In this document: piece by piece, positions 15,526 through 26,762 of the stretch
How positions within the stretch are numbered: the first letter of the stretch is position 1
How the letters are laid out: every line of letters starts with the position of its first letter
Assembly: GCA_903910585.1 (NCBI GenBank)
Contig: CAIWAH010000141.1
Span: 9,261 to 73,260 of the forward strand
Direction of reading: 5' to 3'
Origin: an uncultured Verrucomicrobiota bacterium
GTDB lineage: Bacteria; Verrucomicrobiota; Verrucomicrobiia; Limisphaerales; UBA9464
Length of the DNA: 64,000 nt
Position numbers and translations under genes: made by a program
Notes under the pieces: generated by a model
What the model was told of the DNA's origin: nothing
What the model saw: the letters and a program-made list of their open reading frames with translations, nothing else
Databases searched by the model: none

Positions 15526-16986
15526 TCACCGGGCCTCCTTTTGTTTCCGGCGCGGACGCCAGCCGGTTACGGCGAGCCACAGCATCACTCCCCCAGTCGT
15601 CCAGGTGCAGGCGGGGGCGAGCCACGCATCGAGGGGCACGGTGCCACCCTTGCCGGACCAGCGCAGTCCGCCGGCGATTAGTTCGCCTTGGCCGGGGAAA
15701 GGGGCGGTGGCCTGCTCCCGTCCGTCGCGGTCGATGATTTGCGAGATGCCGGAACTGGCCACGCGGAAAACGGGCACGCGGTGTTCGACAGCGCGGATCC
15801 GGGCCATGCGGGCGTTGAGGCGATGCTGATGTTCGCCCCATTCCTGCACATCCATCGTGGGGATGAGGAGCGCCACGGCACCTTGCCGGACGAGTTCATC
15901 GGTCACCTGCCGGTAGCTGGCGTCGTAACAGATGCAGATGCCAAGCTTGCCCCATGGCGAATCCCAGACGCGCTGCGAAGGCGCCGGCTCGCCGTCGGCG
16001 AAGAACTGGATGGGCCGCGACTTGGCTTGCGTGAACACCACTTCGCCGTTGGTGCTGATGACGAAGGCGGTGTTGTAGAACCGCGCCTTCGTAGCCGCCG
16101 ACGTTAGGAGGCGGAGCGGAGCGGGGGCGGAGGAATCCGCCTCGTCACCTCGGCGGCTACCGGGCTCGATGGGCTGCTTGCCACCGACGACCAGCCACTT
16201 GCCGTTCCGCCTGCACCACTCTCTAACGGCCCGCGGCGGCGGCCCGTCGGCGAACGTGTATTCGCTGAGCATCAGCAGCTCGGCGTCGGGATGTGCCTTG
16301 GCCAGTTTGTCGAGGCCGGTAAGCACATCGGGGACGGCGGGGAATTCGAGTTGGAGGCCGGCGACTTTTAACGCAGGTCGTCTTTGCGGCACGGCCATTA
16401 GCGGAGGAAAAGCCAACGCTCCAAGTATTGCCGCGGAGAGTGCATAGATTGTGAGGTTTAATCTCCGCTTCAGTGAATTGGTGGCCAAGAAACCAAGGCC
16501 AACGAATCCCAACAAACCAAAGCCAATTCCGTAAACGCCCAGAATCGCCGGAAGCGCAAGGATGGTGTCCACGAGTGAGCTTCCCGCCGTGAACCACGCA
16601 AACCGCAGCCACCAGACTTCGCTCCGGAAATACTCGATCCCACACCAGAGCACCGGCGCGAGGATCACGGCCCACTTCGTTCCCAGCCGGAACTCGACGC
16701 GGTTCAGCGTCAGCAAGAAGGCGGCGTGGAACAACGCGAGGATCAGCCACAGCGGAATCGCGGCCGCCTGGAAGATGGTCCACAGAAAGCCCATCTGCGG
16801 CACGAACACGCCGAGGCCGATCGCAAGTCCGATGTAGAATGCCTGCCGCGCCGTCGCCAGCCGCCGCAACGCGAACAGGCAACCCAGATACCCCAGCACC
16901 AACCAGCACAGCGCCGGCACCAGAAAGGCGAGGTGAAACAAGCCGACGGCCCCCAAGGCCAGCAGCGCGGCGGACTTGGCGGTCAT
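15526..16986 (-). CDS. lnt: apolipoprotein N-acyltransferase
   Basis: About 7 N-terminal TM helices, then a CN-hydrolase domain with MLSEYTF (Glu) and GICICYDASY (Cys). ATG at 16986; an upstream in-frame GTG at 17040 is also possible. Confidence 0.85.
   Translation of the reverse strand: MTAKSAALLALGAVGLFHLAFLVPALCWLVLGYLGCLFALRRLATARQAFYIGLAIGLGVFVPQMGFLWTIFQAAAIPLWLILALFHAAFLLTLNRVEFRLGTKWAVILAPVLWCGIEYFRSEVWWLRFAWFTAGSSLVDTILALPAILGVYGIGFGLLGFVGLGFLATNSLKRRLNLTIYALSAAILGALAFPPLMAVPQRRPALKVAGLQLEFPAVPDVLTGLDKLAKAHPDAELLMLSEYTFADGPPPRAVREWCRRNGKWLVVGGKQPIEPGSRRGDEADSSAPAPLRLLTSAATKARFYNTAFVISTNGEVVFTQAKSRPIQFFADGEPAPSQRVWDSPWGKLGICICYDASYRQVTDELVRQGAVALLIPTMDVQEWGEHQHRLNARMARIRAVEHRVPVFRVASSGISQIIDRDGREQATAPFPGQGELIAGGLRWSGKGGTVPLDAWLAPACTWTTGGVMLWLAVTGWRPRRKQKEAR
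16091..16160. repeat. 70-nt imperfect palindromic element in frame inside lnt
   Basis: The 11-bp arms gtagccgccga (16091-16101) and tcggcggctac (16150-16160) are perfect complements. Inner aggaggcgg/ccgcctcgt pairs partly. Translates as ..RRGDEADSSAPAPLRLLTSAATK... Confidence 0.85.
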
Positions 16987-17188
16987 TGGGCGACCGCAAG
17001 GTGGGGAGGCGGACTCGGCGGTTGGTTGTTCGGGTGACACGGGGCGGCGGTCAGGTCGGGAATTCGATGGTCAGCACGGGATGGCTATGACATGGCGCCG
17101 CGGAATTGGCCGAATTGAAAATCCGAATCGGGCCATTGGCCAAGGCAATAGCCCGACGGTTGGACCGGCCGCGGGCGGCACCGGCATG

Positions 17189-17223
17189 AAAAAACGCCGG
17201 CTTCCACGCGGAAGGCCGGCGTT
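17189..17223 (-). terminator. rho-independent terminator after ilvD
   Basis: On the minus strand: aacgccggccttcc-gcgt-ggaagccggcgtt (one bulge) followed by TTTTTT, 18 nt after the ilvD stop. Confidence 0.75.
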
Positions 17224-17240
17224 GATATGGCCACGTGAGG

Positions 17241-18965
<1,725 letters not shown>

Positions 18966-19049
18966 GTGACGGGCGGAGTTTGGGGAAGCGGGCGTTGCCG
19001 CAAAGGGGAAAGTGGCTGACAAGAGAACTCGGTTTGGTTGTCCAGGCGG

Positions 19050-21656
19050 TCACTCGGGAGAGTTCCAAACCCAGCCACCAACAACTTCTCGCGGCGCAGC
19101 GTTTCCCAGTTGTCCCCGCGAATGGCTGCCCCATGACCAAAGCGTTCCGTCCGCCCTGATGGCGATCGAATGGTATTCTCCGCCTGCGGATGCTTTCCAG
19201 TCATTGGCAAGTCCGATCTGCCGAGGCGGGGCCACGCCCGCGTTGCCGGAGCTTCCCAAGCCGACTTGGCCATCAGAATTCCAACCCCAAGCCCAAAGCG
19301 TTCCATCGGTCCGAACTCCAAGTCCATGCGCTTCCCCGGCGGCGATGGAGGTCCAGTTCGTATCTGCGGAGACAAGCAACGGAATCCGCCCCGAGAGCAG
19401 GGTGTCAGACAGGCCAAGCTGTCTGCCGGAATTGGCTCCCCAACCCCAGAGTGTTCCGTCTGCTTGGATTCCGAGTGTGAAGACGCCGTCGAGGGCCACG
19501 GTTTTCCAAACTGTCCCAGGGGCAACCAGTGTCGGTGTCAGGCGTCCTTGGTCGCGATCGGTTCCGGTCGCTCGACTCAGGCCCCAGCCCCACAGGCTGC
19601 CGTCGAGTTGGATGCCCATGGAGTGGACACCCCCGATGTGAATCTCCCGCCATTGGATGTTAGTCCCGATCTGAATTGGCGAAGGCCGGGTCAGTTGTGT
19701 TCCGTCGCCCAGCCCATACGAGCCATTACCCCAAGCCCACAGGGACCCGTCAGCTCGAATGGCCATCGTCCGAAACCCGCCAGCGGTCACCTGAACCCAA
19801 GTGGAGCCCGGCTGGATTTGAACGGGCGTCGGTGAGGCCTTAAATGAACCGAGTCCAAGCTGTCCGCCCGCGTTGGAACCCCATGCCCAGAGCGATCCAT
19901 CGGTTTTCAGCCCGACAGTGTGGTAGTCGCCCGCCGCCACCTGCTTCCAGTCGGAGGCTGTTCCGACTTGGGTGGGGAAGAATCTCGCGAAGTCAGACCG
20001 GCTGCTCAGGACGATTCCCAGTTGGTTTGAAGAGGCGGAACCCCAAGTCCACAGCGTTCCGTCCGAGCGGATTGCAGCCGAGTGATATTCGCCAGCGGCG
20101 ACCGAGTTCCAATTGGTGTCCATGCCCACCCGTTGGGGCACGAGCGGATTGAAGGCTTCCCCCGTTCCCAGCTCACCCGCCGAGTTCGCACCCCATCCCA
20201 ACAGCGTGCCATTTCGATTGAGAGCCATTGTATGCTTGGTTCCCGCAGCGGCCGAACTCCAACTGCGGCTGTCAACTTGGGTGAACTCCGGATTGACCGG
20301 GCGGACGCCAGCGCCAGTGGCACCGGATGCGTTGTCTCCGACGCCCCATAGGAAACCTCCAGAGTCGATGGCGATGGCATGTGCGCTGCCGGCAAAGACC
20401 TGACGCCAGTGGGTTCCGGGAGCGATTCTATTGGGCGACGATGCACCGCCGAGCAGAGGGTATTTCCCCCACCCCCAGATCGAACCGTCGCGTCTGAGCG
20501 CGAGGCTGTAGCTTCTTTCGTAGTTCACCCCCTTGTAGGTGCCTGTTCCTGCGGATATGGCTCGCCAATCCCGGTCATGCCCCACACGGGTCGGCTCATC
20601 GACGGTCGATGTGTTTGTGAGAATCAGCCCGAGCGCTCCCTCCCAATTCCAGCCCCAAGCCCACAGGGTTCCGTCGGTTTGGAGCGCCAGGGTGTGATAA
20701 GCTCCGGCTGAAATCCGGAACCAGTTGGTAGCGGTCCCGATTTGGACGGGCTCGGCGGTCCTTTGCACATCCGGACGGCCCATTCGTCCAGCCAAGTTTT
20801 CGCCCCACCCCCACAGTGTGCCGTTCTCGTGGATGGCCATGGTGTAGTTGACACCTGCCGTAACCCACTTCCATCTGCCGGTTCGGACCAGTTGAGGGTT
20901 GGACTTGTTGTCAAAACTCCCGTCGCCCAGTTCGCCGAATTGGTTGTTGCCCCAGCAAAAAATCAAGCCGTCGGCATTGATGGCAGCGGCGTGGCTGATG
21001 CCCGCGGCAACCATGGCCCAATTTGTTGCGGAACTGATCTGCTGAGGGGTCACCTTGAAGCCTTTGCTGTCGTCACCTGCCTGCCCAGCCCGGTTGTCTC
21101 CCCATGCCCAGAGCGTTCCATCCTCTCTTATGGCGATCGTAAAACCGTTTCCGCAGGCCAGGCGTGGCGGGCGCATGGTCACGCCTTCGTCCGGTTCGGG
21201 GATCGTCGGATCTGAATCCGCCAGAAATTCACTCGAGTTAACCCGGCCATCCCCGTCGAAATCGAGTGATGCATCCGCCGGATTGGCGGGATCGAGCCGT
21301 GGAAAATGCGTCAGCTCATACCAGTCAGGCATGCCGTCACCGTCCGAATCAGTGGTGGCATCCAGCGGGAGAGTCTCGACCCGATAGAAGCGCACATCCG
21401 CTTCGGCCACTTGGGCTTTCAGTTCAGGTGTGCCGCCATTTGGAACCCAAACGTCCTCCGGGGTGAACTTCCCGTCCGGGGCAGGGGCAGACAGCAGACG
21501 AAAATAAGCCCCGTTGGTTTCCGCGGAGAACCTGACCAGAAACACGTTTGATTCGGTCAGGTTAAAGCTGGTGATCGTGAGGGATTGTGCGCCCAGGCTG
21601 CCGGAGATCAATGCGGTCGCCAGTATGGTGGTGGCAGCTTTGAGGAACTTGATCAT
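19050..21656 (-). CDS. secreted RCC1-repeat (beta-propeller) protein with TSP3-like calcium-binding motifs
   Basis: Signal peptide MIKFLKAATTILATALISGSLGAQS, then DSDGDGMPDWYE / DFDGDGRVN, then 14 repeats ending in xLW(A/G)WG(x)N. Everything upstream of ATG 21656 in the 1165-aa track ORF is R/P-rich. Confidence 0.85.
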   Translation of the reverse strand: MIKFLKAATTILATALISGSLGAQSLTITSFNLTESNVFLVRFSAETNGAYFRLLSAPAPDGKFTPEDVWVPNGGTPELKAQVAEADVRFYRVETLPLDATTDSDGDGMPDWYELTHFPRLDPANPADASLDFDGDGRVNSSEFLADSDPTIPEPDEGVTMRPPRLACGNGFTIAIREDGTLWAWGDNRAGQAGDDSKGFKVTPQQISSATNWAMVAAGISHAAAINADGLIFCWGNNQFGELGDGSFDNKSNPQLVRTGRWKWVTAGVNYTMAIHENGTLWGWGENLAGRMGRPDVQRTAEPVQIGTATNWFRISAGAYHTLALQTDGTLWAWGWNWEGALGLILTNTSTVDEPTRVGHDRDWRAISAGTGTYKGVNYERSYSLALRRDGSIWGWGKYPLLGGASSPNRIAPGTHWRQVFAGSAHAIAIDSGGFLWGVGDNASGATGAGVRPVNPEFTQVDSRSWSSAAAGTKHTMALNRNGTLLGWGANSAGELGTGEAFNPLVPQRVGMDTNWNSVAAGEYHSAAIRSDGTLWTWGSASSNQLGIVLSSRSDFARFFPTQVGTASDWKQVAAGDYHTVGLKTDGSLWAWGSNAGGQLGLGSFKASPTPVQIQPGSTWVQVTAGGFRTMAIRADGSLWAWGNGSYGLGDGTQLTRPSPIQIGTNIQWREIHIGGVHSMGIQLDGSLWGWGLSRATGTDRDQGRLTPTLVAPGTVWKTVALDGVFTLGIQADGTLWGWGANSGRQLGLSDTLLSGRIPLLVSADTNWTSIAAGEAHGLGVRTDGTLWAWGWNSDGQVGLGSSGNAGVAPPRQIGLANDWKASAGGEYHSIAIRADGTLWSWGSHSRGQLGNAAPREVVGGWVWNSPE

Positions 21657-21869
21657 GGGGCGGGCGAAGTGTGCCGGACAGCCGTTGCTGGCAAAGCCAA
21701 ATGTCGAGCTGGGGATTGGCTGCCAGCTGGTTTGCGAGGTCGCAAAACCGGCAAGGCCGTGATTACGATCGCCCTTCACTGTTTGCCGGCCCATCTGGCG
21801 TCGTTGACTGATTCCTTGAGGACTGGTTGCCGAACCCGGGAAGGACAGTAGCGTCGGGGGCGCGGCGTT

Positions 21870-22364
21870 TTGAAAATGTCGCCGTCCGCCATGCCTGTCC
21901 ACACGCTCGAACGAATCCAGGTGTTTCCCGCCACCTTGGCGCAAGCCTGGGAGTTTTTCTCCAGTCCGCGAAACCTCGAACGCATCACCCCGAAGGCACT
22001 CGATTTCCAGATCCTGAGCAACCTGCCGCCGCGCATGTATGCAGGCATGATGATCCGCTACCGGGTGCGGCCTTTGCTGGGCATCCCGCTGACGTGGGTA
22101 ACGGAGATCACGCACATCGAGGAAGGGGTCCGGTTCGTGGATGAACAGCGGGTGGGTCCTTACCGCATGTGGCATCACGAGCACCATTTCCGCGAGCTCG
22201 ACGGCGGACGGATCGAGATGCTGGACCGCGTGACCTATCAGCTTGCGGGCGGTTGGCTGAGTGAGCCGGTGCATGCCCTGGTCGTCCGGTCGCAGTTGGC
22301 CAAGATCTTTGAATTCCGGACCGAGGCGGTGAGCCGCCTGTTTCCAGTCCCGACCGGATCGTGA
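21870..22364 (+). CDS. SRPBCC (START/Bet v1-like) ligand-binding family protein
   Basis: Motifs FFSSPRNLERITP, GPYRMWHHEHHF. TTG at 21870; internal ATGs at 21876 and 21891 are alternative starts. Confidence 0.75.
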   Translation: MKMSPSAMPVHTLERIQVFPATLAQAWEFFSSPRNLERITPKALDFQILSNLPPRMYAGMMIRYRVRPLLGIPLTWVTEITHIEEGVRFVDEQRVGPYRMWHHEHHFRELDGGRIEMLDRVTYQLAGGWLSEPVHALVVRSQLAKIFEFRTEAVSRLFPVPTGS

Positions 22365-23113
22365 ATGCCGCGCCGGCATCCGTGGCGTTGTCCCGGCGTT
22401 TGGCCGAAAGGGATCGGCCATCGACGCGTCCGGTGGGATTCCAGCGCTGGAGCGAGCTTCTGTTCCTGCACTGGGAGGTTCCCCGCCAGCAGGTGCAGGC
22501 GACCTTGCCGGCCGGGCTTTTCGTGGACACGTGGGAAGGTCGCGCATTTGTGGGTGTCGTGCCGTTTTTCATGGAACGAGTGCGACCGGCCGGCCTGCCG
22601 TCCTTGCCCTGGCTGTCCTGGTTCCACGAACTCAATGTGCGGACCTACGTCGTGGATGCGCACGGGCGCCCCGGGGTCTGGTTCTACTCGCTGGACTGCG
22701 ACCAGCCGATCGCGGTTTGGCTCGCCCGGCGGTTGTTCCATCTGCCCTATCAGCACGCGCGGTTCAGGTCATCCCGCGTGGGCGGTGAGGTGACCTGCGA
22801 GGCGCGGCGACCGACTCTTGGGATGGCGGACCGGTTCCGATGGAAGCGCTGCGGGGACGTCCGTCTGGCGGAACCGGGCAGCCTGGAGTTCTTCCTCGTC
22901 GAACGGTATCGGCTGTTCGCGGCGAATCGGCGCGGAGAACTGTTCACCGGGCGGGTTCATCATGTCCCTTACCCGGTCTGTGCTCCGGAGGTAACTGCCG
23001 AGGCACCGGCCGTTGGGCGGGCAGCGGGGTTTCAGATGACGGGTCCGGCGCCGCTGCGGCATGCGGTAGCGGGTGTGGATGTGGCGATTCACCCGCTGGA
23101 AGCGGTCCGGTAG
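22361..23113 (+). CDS. DUF2071 (YqjF-like) family protein
   Basis: QRWSELLFLHWEVP..LPAGLFVDTWEGRAFVGVVPFFM..NVRTYV. GTG start overlaps the upstream stop (GTGA). Confidence 0.75.
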   Translation: MNAAPASVALSRRLAERDRPSTRPVGFQRWSELLFLHWEVPRQQVQATLPAGLFVDTWEGRAFVGVVPFFMERVRPAGLPSLPWLSWFHELNVRTYVVDAHGRPGVWFYSLDCDQPIAVWLARRLFHLPYQHARFRSSRVGGEVTCEARRPTLGMADRFRWKRCGDVRLAEPGSLEFFLVERYRLFAANRRGELFTGRVHHVPYPVCAPEVTAEAPAVGRAAGFQMTGPAPLRHAVAGVDVAIHPLEAVR

Positions 23114-23171
23114 GGCCGCCGATTTGCGCAGTCGGGTTCCGCGATTAGCCTCCCGGGCCCGTTTGAAATCC

Positions 23172-23822
23172 ATGAAGACGCTCGCCTCCAACGAACTGAT
23201 CGACGCGCTCAACTGGCGCTATGCCACCAAGAAATTCGATGTTTCGAAGAAGATCCCCGCAGAAACCTGGGCCGCGCTGGAGCAGGCCCTGGTGCTGAGC
23301 CCGAGTTCTTTTGGCATCCAGCCGTGGCAGTTCCTCGTGGTGAACGACCCGGCGGTGCGGGAGAAGCTGGTGCCCGTATCGTGGGGCCAGACCCAGCCGA
23401 AGGACGCGTCGCACTTCGTGGTATTCGCCGTGCGGAAGGATCTGCCCGAAGCCCACATCGACCGTTACGTGGCCCGCACGGCCGAACTCCGCGGTTCCAC
23501 ACCCGAGGCTTTGGCGCCGTTCAAGAAGATGATGATGGGCAGCCTCGAAGGCGCCCGGGCGAAGGGGTTCCTCGACACGTGGCAGACCCATCAGGTTTAC
23601 ATCGCGCTGGGGCAGTTCATGGCCAGCGCAGCGGTGCTCGGCGTGGACACCTGCCCGATGGAAGGGCTGGAGCCAGCCAAGTATGACGAAATTCTCGGCC
23701 TGGCCGGCACCGGTTACGCGACGGTGGTCGCCTGTGCAGCGGGTTATCGGGCGGGCGACGACAAGTATGCGACCCTGCCCAAAGTCCGCTTCCCGGCTGC
23801 GGAAGTGATCCGGCACATCTGA
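23172..23822 (+). CDS. NAD(P)H nitroreductase family protein
   Basis: LNWRYATKKFD..PSSFGIQPWQFLVV..GFLDTWQTHQVYIALG..CPMEG; typical NfsB/FRase-type nitroreductase blocks. Start at ATG 23172. Confidence 0.88.
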   Translation: MKTLASNELIDALNWRYATKKFDVSKKIPAETWAALEQALVLSPSSFGIQPWQFLVVNDPAVREKLVPVSWGQTQPKDASHFVVFAVRKDLPEAHIDRYVARTAELRGSTPEALAPFKKMMMGSLEGARAKGFLDTWQTHQVYIALGQFMASAAVLGVDTCPMEGLEPAKYDEILGLAGTGYATVVACAAGYRAGDDKYATLPKVRFPAAEVIRHI

Positions 23823-23826
23823 AGCC

Positions 23827-24303
23827 GTGGATGCCGTCCATCTCCATCTGGCGCTGAACCACGTCCCGGTGCTGGGCTCAGTCTTCGTTGCCATTGCGCT
23901 GGCAGTGGCCTGGAGGCGGAAGAGCGCCGAGTTTGACCGGCTCAGCCTCTGGGCAGCCGCACTGCTCGCGGGTGTTTCCATTGCGATCAAGTTCACCGGC
24001 GACGCGGCGTGGGAAGATCTGCGTCCGTGGCCGCAGCCCTACGAGGGAAGCCGGGTGGAACGCCACGAGTCGGCGGCTGATCAGGCTACGACTGCAATCT
24101 TTGCGGCTGGCGCCGCAGCGGCGGTGGGGTTGTTTCTCGCCCGCCGCCGTCCGGCGGTTTCCGTGGCGGCCGTGGGAATCGTGTTGGCCCTGCTGCTGGT
24201 CACGTTCCTCCTGATGGCGCGCACGGCGAACCTCGGTGGCCAGTTGCGGCATCCCCAGTTGCGCGGGGACAATGCCGGTGCGGTTTCGCCCAATTCCCGG
24301 TAA
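23827..24303 (+). CDS. hypothetical membrane protein
   Basis: 158-aa ORF (GTG start) with 4 hydrophobic helices; high third-position GC consistent with coding. Confidence 0.5.
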   Translation: MDAVHLHLALNHVPVLGSVFVAIALAVAWRRKSAEFDRLSLWAAALLAGVSIAIKFTGDAAWEDLRPWPQPYEGSRVERHESAADQATTAIFAAGAAAAVGLFLARRRPAVSVAAVGIVLALLLVTFLLMARTANLGGQLRHPQLRGDNAGAVSPNSR

Positions 24304-24353
24304 GCCGGTGCTTGAATTGGCGCCCCGGTGTCCCGTCTTATCCCCGGGCCACC

Positions 24354-25349
24354 ATGAAAGCTGCCGTTCTCACCGGGATCAATGCCCTCGGACTCGACCA
24401 CGTCGCCAAGCCCACTCCGGGCGTCGGCGAAGTGGTCGTGCGGATCAAGGCGGCGGCGCTGAACCACCGCGACGTGTGGATCAAGACCGGCCAATATGCG
24501 GGCCTGAAGTTTCCGCTGACGCCGGGTTCCGACGCGGCCGGGGTTGTTCATGAGGTCGGCCCCGGGGTGGACCCGGAATGGCGCGACCAAAAAGTGGTCA
24601 TCAACCCGTCCTTCGACTGGGGCCACCACGAGAAGGCGCAGGAACCCAAGTTCAGCATTTTGGGCCTGCCGCGGAACGGCACGCTTGCCGAATACATCAG
24701 CGTGCCGGCGAGCCAGCTCGCGCCGAAGCCGGCGCACCTCAGCTGGGAAGAGGCGGCGGCATTGCCCCTCGCCGGCCTGACCGCCTACCGGGCGCTGTTC
24801 AGCAGGGCCCAATTGCAGGCCCATGAAAAGGTGCTGATCACCGGCATCGGTGCGGGCACGGCCCTGTTTGCCCTGCAGTTCGCGGTCGCGGCCGGTGCTG
24901 TTCCGTTTGTGACTTCCAGTTCCCCGGAGAAGCTGGAGCGGGCGCATCAGCTCGGCGCCCGGCACGGCACGCTTTATACGACCCACGGCTGGGCAAAGGA
25001 GTTTGGCGACCAATACGGCAATTTCGACGTGATCGTGGACAGTGCGGGCGGCCCCGGCTTCGGTGATCTTGTGGACTTGGCTGCTCCCGGCGGCCGGATC
25101 GTTTCCTTCGGTGCGACCCGCGGAAACCCCCATGAGCTGCCGATGCGGAAGATTTTCTGGAAGCAGATCAGCCTGCTCGGGACCACCATGGGCAGCCCGG
25201 CTGATTTCAAGGCGATGACTGAACTGGTGGCCTCCAAAGCGATCCATCCGGTCGTGAGCGAGGTCTTCCCGTTCGACCGTGTGGCCGACGCTTTCAATCT
25301 CATGGAACGCGGCGGGCAGTTCGGCAAGATTGTCGTCTCGATCGGCTGA
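24354..25349 (+). CDS. zinc-type alcohol dehydrogenase / quinone oxidoreductase (MDR superfamily)
   Basis: MKAAVL..GEVVVRIKAAALNHRD..PGSDAAGVV, and a Rossmann segment VLITGIGAGTALFALQFA. Confidence 0.88.
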   Translation: MKAAVLTGINALGLDHVAKPTPGVGEVVVRIKAAALNHRDVWIKTGQYAGLKFPLTPGSDAAGVVHEVGPGVDPEWRDQKVVINPSFDWGHHEKAQEPKFSILGLPRNGTLAEYISVPASQLAPKPAHLSWEEAAALPLAGLTAYRALFSRAQLQAHEKVLITGIGAGTALFALQFAVAAGAVPFVTSSSPEKLERAHQLGARHGTLYTTHGWAKEFGDQYGNFDVIVDSAGGPGFGDLVDLAAPGGRIVSFGATRGNPHELPMRKIFWKQISLLGTTMGSPADFKAMTELVASKAIHPVVSEVFPFDRVADAFNLMERGGQFGKIVVSIG

Positions 25350-25376
25350 ACGGCCCGGGTTCCCGGGCTGGCCGCA

Positions 25377-26669
25377 TCAACGGGCTTTTCCCAGATCCTC
25401 CCAACGGCCAATGCCGATGATCGGCAGTGCGAAGCGAAAGGCCGGTTCCCACTCTGGCGTGTCCGCCAAACGGAACGCTTCGTAGCTCGCCTTGCGGCGG
25501 TCGGGTTCCGACACGGTTCCCGGGCGATGCGTCCACAGGCCCAGCATCAGGCCGCCCTCTTGGGCGTGGTCCACATGCCGGTGCAGGATGAACGAATCGA
25601 TGCCCGGTTGCCGCTCGACCTGTTTCCACGCATAGCAATAGGCCGCAGCCTGAACCTGTTCGCCGTCCGCGCCCTTCGGCGTGTGAAAGCCCTGCTCGCT
25701 GAGAATGACGTGGCGCGGACGGTAATCGCAGAGGAGTTCCGGCAGTGCGAGGTAGGCGCCGAGCTGCTCCAGATTGCGAAACGTGATCCGCGGGGTGGTG
25801 CGCCAGTCGGGTTGAGCCGATTGGTCGTTCCAACTGCGCGGTTCAAAGAGGTTTTCCGGATACGGATGAAAGGCGACGTGCCAGTCAAAGTCGCCGGCGG
25901 CCTTGGCGCGCAGGTTGAACCAGTCGAGAAACGGCCGGGCTGGAAATGCCTGCGTGGCGTCGCCGCCGGGATAACGGAGGTTCCAGTGGTGTTCCAGCGA
26001 CACGTAAACCCGGGCGTGCTCTGAGGCCTTGCGCACCGCCGTGTGCGTTAGCCGAACGGTTCGCAGGTAATCTTCGGCGAAATCCTCCATCGTCACCGGC
26101 CCGACGTTCGCCCAGAACCAGTGCGAGTTGACCTCATTGCCCACGATCCAGTTCCAAACCCGGCCGAATTTCTGGTCCGGGCGGGACCAACGGTCCGCGA
26201 GGAATTCCATGCTGGCGGCATACCAAGCCCGTCCCTCGGCCGTCACCGTGTTGAAGGCGCTCAGGTGATTCGGGCAGCGGGCATCGTAGCGGGGATGCAG
26301 CAGCAGGCGGCGAATCTCAGGATCGCCGCTCTCGTAATTGAGGAGAATGAGCGAGACGACGACGCCGTGTTGCGAGAGCGGCCGGATCTGGCGGTCCAGT
26401 GCCTCCAGATAGCCGCGCTGAAAGCGGTAGGTCCGGCCTTCGAAGGCCCACGCCGGATTGTTCGTGTCGCCCCGGGGATCCACAAGTTGGGCGAGATTGA
26501 AGTTCAGGGCGGCGTGCTTCACGCCGAGGGCCAGCGCGTCGTCCACCATCTGGACCTGCAATCCCTTCTTGGAGGTCGGAGTGGGGAAGGGTTCCGGGTT
26601 CGGTGCCGCCAGCAGACGAGTCAGGGCGGCAACGACAAAGACCCAGGATAACGGGCGGAACCGGAACAT
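25377..26669 (-). CDS. secreted glycoside-hydrolase-like TIM-barrel protein (DUF5722-like)
   Basis: Signal peptide; IVGNEVNSHWFW block typical of GH5-like/DUF5722 proteins. Exact family assignment is tentative. Confidence 0.65.
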   Translation of the reverse strand: MFRFRPLSWVFVVAALTRLLAAPNPEPFPTPTSKKGLQVQMVDDALALGVKHAALNFNLAQLVDPRGDTNNPAWAFEGRTYRFQRGYLEALDRQIRPLSQHGVVVSLILLNYESGDPEIRRLLLHPRYDARCPNHLSAFNTVTAEGRAWYAASMEFLADRWSRPDQKFGRVWNWIVGNEVNSHWFWANVGPVTMEDFAEDYLRTVRLTHTAVRKASEHARVYVSLEHHWNLRYPGGDATQAFPARPFLDWFNLRAKAAGDFDWHVAFHPYPENLFEPRSWNDQSAQPDWRTTPRITFRNLEQLGAYLALPELLCDYRPRHVILSEQGFHTPKGADGEQVQAAAYCYAWKQVERQPGIDSFILHRHVDHAQEGGLMLGLWTHRPGTVSEPDRRKASYEAFRLADTPEWEPAFRFALPIIGIGRWEDLGKAR

Positions 26670-26708
26670 GCGCGGAGCATTCCGCGGCGCGCACCGGGCG
26701 GCAATAGC

Positions 26709-26741
26709 GGGTCCGCCGGAAGGGGGGAGTCCGGCGGACCC
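26709..26741. repeat. isolated perfect 12-bp stem hairpin
   Basis: gggtccgccgga-aggggggag-tccggcggaccc, 40 nt upstream of the 25377-26669 gene start. No U-tract. Confidence 0.6.
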
Positions 26742-26762
26742 GGAGCGCAGCGTGTGCGTGGC

